Positions 60,972 to 64,000 of a stretch of DNA of 64,000 bases are shown here, one piece after another (position 1 is the stretch's first letter; every line of letters starts with the position of its first letter). Location of the stretch: positions 5,728,001 to 5,792,000 of the forward strand of contig OZ240241.1 of assembly GCA_965198115.1 (NCBI GenBank), written 5' to 3'. This DNA comes from Candidatus Latescibacterota bacterium (GTDB taxonomy: Bacteria; Latescibacterota; UBA2968). Below the pieces are notes generated by a model, which was given only the letters and a program-made list of their open reading frames with translations, was not told the DNA's origin and searched no databases. The position numbers and the translations under genes were made by a program.

Positions 60972-63188
60972 ATGGGTAAACAGAACTTGAAACCTTTAGA
61001 TGATACCGACCCGCTCACACTGGAAGGTGACATCCCGTCCCGACTCGTGGATGGGGCTGATCGCTTTCTCCTCCGAAAGCTGGAGGAGTCGATCGCGCGG
61101 CGTGCCGCGCATTGGTCGCGTGATGTGTCGTCCGCTGAAGCCTACGCCAAGTCCGTGAAGCCGAATCGGGAGCGGTTGGCGCACATTCTGGGTGTTCGTG
61201 ACGAGCGTGTTCCATTCACAGGTCTCGAGTTGACAGGCACAACGGATCAACCCTCGCTTGTGGGACGTGGGAATGGCTACGAGATCCACACGGTCAGATG
61301 GCCAGCGTTCGGAGATGTCCACGGTGAGGGAATCCTCTTGTCGCCGGAGCGAGAACCGATCGCGAATGTCGTAGCAATACCTGATGCAGCATTGACGCCG
61401 GAACAGATTGTGGGACTCGCCGATGGCGTTGCGCCCGAATCGCAGTACGCGGGTCGATTGGCCGAGTCTGGATGCCGCGTCGTCGTCCCGACGCTCGTCA
61501 ATCGCGGCGAAGCGATGGATGGGATCTCGAATCGCGAGTGGATCTACCGCTCGGCTTACGAGCTGGGTCGTCATCTGATTGGCTACGAGCTTCAGAAGAT
61601 CCTCGCGGCCGTCGATTGGTTCACACGCGAGTCAGATAGCGCTAGCATCGGCGTTATCGGATGGGGTGAAGGCGGGATGCTTGCGCTCTATGCAGCCGCG
61701 CTGGACGAGCGGATCGATGCGACCTGTGTGAACGGCCATTTCTCGTCACGTCAGGAGATGTGGAAGGAGCCGATCGAACGGAACGTCTTCGGGTTGCTCG
61801 AGCAGTTCGGTGATGCGGAGGTTGCGAGTCTTGTGGCGCCGCGCTCGCTGATCATTGAAGCGTCGCGTGGGCCTGAAGCCCACGTGGGAAATGGCGAGGG
61901 CAGGGGTGCACCCTACGATCTCGCAACACCCGATCCCCAGACTGTCCGTGACGAGTTCGAACGCGCTCAGACTCTGATCGATGACCTCGATCCGACACCC
62001 AGCTTGAGTCTTGTTGTGAGTGGGGATGGGACAGGACCGTTCGGTTCAGACGAAGCGCTGAATCGATTTCTGGGAGCAATGAGTGAGGGTTCATCCGTTG
62101 CGTCCAACGGGGCACGACCGGAGGCGGTCGGATCGCTCCCGGATGCAGCCCTACGACACGAGCGACAGGTTCACGAGTTGGATCGTCACAATCAGTGGCT
62201 GCTCGTGGAGTGCGCCAAAACGCGCGACGCCTACTTCGAGGATCTGGATTGCACGTCGCTCGAGACGTTCGAGAGAACGATCGAGCCTTACAGAGAGTAC
62301 TTCGCTGAAGAGGTGATCGGTCGGTTCGATGACGAACTGCTTCCATTCAATGCGCGAACTCGTCTTTCCTATGACGAAAAAGGATGGACGGGCTACGAAG
62401 TCGTCCTGGATGTGTTCGAGGATCTGATTGCGTATGGGATTCTGGCTTTGCCGGATGATCTGGAAGAAGGCGAGCGACGTCCGGTGGTGGTCTGCCAGCA
62501 CGGACTGGAAGGACGGACGCAAGTTGTGGTTGACGGGACACGTGAAGCCTACAGCAACTGGGGGCCGCGTCTCTGCGAGCAGGGCTTCATCGTGTTCGCG
62601 CCACAGAATCTCTACATCTTCACGGATCGATTCAGAAGTCTTCAGCGGAAGGCGTATCCGTTGAAGAAGACGCTGTTCTCGATGATCATTCCGCAACACC
62701 AGCAGATCACGGATTGGTTGAAGACGTTGCCGTTCGTCGATCCGGAACGCATCGCGTTCTACGGGATCAGCTATGGCGGGAAGACGGCGATGCGGGTTCC
62801 GCCGCTGGTCGATAACTACTGTCTGGCGATCTGTTGCGCGGATTTCAACGAGTGGGTGTGGAAGAACGCGTCGACGTCGAGCCCGTATAGCTATTCGAAC
62901 AGGGGTGAATACGAGATCTTCGAGTTCGATCTGGGGAGCACGTTCAACTACGCCGAGATGAGTCGGCTGATCTGCCCGCGACCGTTTATGGTCGAGCGGG
63001 GGCACCACGATGGCGTCGCGCCGGATGAGACGGTGGCTTACGAGTTTGCCAAGACACAGCGACACTACGATCTGTTGGGAATCGGGGACCGGGCGGAGAT
63101 GGAGGTGTTCGTGGGGGGACACGAGATTCATCTGGAGGGGACGCTTGCCTTCTTGCGGAAGCATCTAAGGTGGCGAGGGGGACGTTAG
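60972..63188 (+). CDS. Tandem alpha/beta-hydrolase (dienelactone hydrolase / acetylxylan esterase-like) protein
   Basis: Two nucleophile elbows, GWGEGG and GISYGG; VVVCQHG, VDPERIAFYG, LICPRPFMVE and GGH. Confidence 0.85.
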   Translation: MGKQNLKPLDDTDPLTLEGDIPSRLVDGADRFLLRKLEESIARRAAHWSRDVSSAEAYAKSVKPNRERLAHILGVRDERVPFTGLELTGTTDQPSLVGRGNGYEIHTVRWPAFGDVHGEGILLSPEREPIANVVAIPDAALTPEQIVGLADGVAPESQYAGRLAESGCRVVVPTLVNRGEAMDGISNREWIYRSAYELGRHLIGYELQKILAAVDWFTRESDSASIGVIGWGEGGMLALYAAALDERIDATCVNGHFSSRQEMWKEPIERNVFGLLEQFGDAEVASLVAPRSLIIEASRGPEAHVGNGEGRGAPYDLATPDPQTVRDEFERAQTLIDDLDPTPSLSLVVSGDGTGPFGSDEALNRFLGAMSEGSSVASNGARPEAVGSLPDAALRHERQVHELDRHNQWLLVECAKTRDAYFEDLDCTSLETFERTIEPYREYFAEEVIGRFDDELLPFNARTRLSYDEKGWTGYEVVLDVFEDLIAYGILALPDDLEEGERRPVVVCQHGLEGRTQVVVDGTREAYSNWGPRLCEQGFIVFAPQNLYIFTDRFRSLQRKAYPLKKTLFSMIIPQHQQITDWLKTLPFVDPERIAFYGISYGGKTAMRVPPLVDNYCLAICCADFNEWVWKNASTSSPYSYSNRGEYEIFEFDLGSTFNYAEMSRLICPRPFMVERGHHDGVAPDETVAYEFAKTQRHYDLLGIGDRAEMEVFVGGHEIHLEGTLAFLRKHLRWRGGR

Positions 63189-63228
63189 CCAAACGAGCGC
63201 CGGGGAACTTGGGACGCCAAGACGCTAA

Positions 63229-64000
63229 GGGTTGCCACGAAATAAGTGCTGCACTTTTCAAGGTAATGATCTTACGCTCGGAGTGTGGACGTCGAAACTC
63301 TCCGAACGAAGTATGAAGCCTTGGCTCCGGTGCTGACGGAACGCACGCGTCGTCTGTGGGCCGCCACGGAAGCCGAAGCGTTGGGTCACGGTGGGATCGC
63401 GATTGTGGCTCTGGCGACAGGAATGTCCAGAGAGCGGATCTTTCGTGGCATTCAGGAGTTGAGGTCGGACGAACCTTTGGACCCGGCTCGCATCCGGCGT
63501 CCAGGCGGCGGTCGTAAGCGGAAGGCCGACACGGACCCGACGCTGTGGCAGGACCTGAATGATCTGGTCGAGCCAACGACTGCGGGGTCGCCTGACGACA
63601 ATCCTCTGAGATGGACATCGAAGAGCACTCGCAAACTGGCCGCCGAGTTGCAAGCGATGGGGCATTCGGTGAGCCCCAGGATCGTTGCCAATCTCCTGCA
63701 CGAACACGATTACACGCTGCAGGCGAATCGGAAGACAAGGGAGGGATCTGCACACCCGGATCGGGACGCTCAGTTCGTTTACCTCGATGATCGGATTAGC
63801 CAGCAGCAGCAGCAGGGCCTTCCCGTTATCTCGGTGGACACCAAGAAGAAAGAGTTGATCGGCGACTTCAAGAATCCTGGCCGAGAATGGCGACCCAAGG
63901 GAGACCCGGAGCGTGTGAAGGTACACGATTTCATAGTGCCTGCTCAGGGCAAGGCGATCCCTTATGGAGTGTATGATCTGAGCCGTGATGAAGGCTGGGT
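63229..64000 (+). mobile_element. ISAzo13-family insertion sequence, 5' part (runs off the window edge)
   Basis: Left end GGGTTGCCACGAAATAA preceded by CTAA, followed by a transposase ORF. Confidence 0.88.
63285..64000 (+). CDS. ISAzo13 DDE transposase (partial; absent from the ORF track because it has no stop in the window)
   Basis: My translation gives MDVETLRTKYEALAPVLTERTRRLWAATEAEALGHGGI...RRPGGGRK...LRWTSKS...HPDRDAQF...ISVDTKKKELIG...HDF...GKAIPYGVYD. Confidence 0.93.
   Translation, partial: MDVETLRTKYEALAPVLTERTRRLWAATEAEALGHGGIAIVALATGMSRERIFRGIQELRSDEPLDPARIRRPGGGRKRKADTDPTLWQDLNDLVEPTTAGSPDDNPLRWTSKSTRKLAAELQAMGHSVSPRIVANLLHEHDYTLQANRKTREGSAHPDRDAQFVYLDDRISQQQQQGLPVISVDTKKKELIGDFKNPGREWRPKGDPERVKVHDFIVPAQGKAIPYGVYDLSRDEGW

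Noticed and set aside
63258-63926. 222-aa minus-strand ORF
   Set aside because: It is antisense to the ISAzo13 transposase on the + strand.

Overview
This is a GC-rich (~60%, by eye) bacterial accessory region filled with paralogous small-molecule catabolic enzymes. It holds 6 PhyH-type Fe(II)/2OG dioxygenases, 7 Gfo/Idh/MocA oxidoreductases, 3 uronate-dehydrogenase-like SDRs, 2 HpcH aldolases, 2 enolase-superfamily enzymes, 3 BNR/Asp-box propellers, 2 sulfatases, a DMFase large-subunit-like protein, a PQQ dehydrogenase, two transporters and several unknown proteins. I found no housekeeping genes, rRNA, tRNA, CRISPR array or transcription regulator. The gene content resembles Latescibacterota/Poribacteria-like heterotrophs (inference only). 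Mobile DNA comprises two IS630 copies, one complete and one truncated IS200 in inverted orientation, an ISAzo13 at the right edge and a 22-bp IS3-like scar. Three things stand out: (1) a 914-bp segment flipped between inverted IS200 ends, which leaves the two halves of a cyclase gene on opposite strands; (2) at least six families of intergenic palindromic or tandem repeats, with 24-35-bp mini-modules visibly inserted inside other repeats (filled and empty sites both present); (3) many gene lesions (frameshifts, four in-frame stops, truncations), which reflect either genome decay or sequencing error. I could not establish a clearly new multi-gene system. All product calls come from motif recognition, not database searches.
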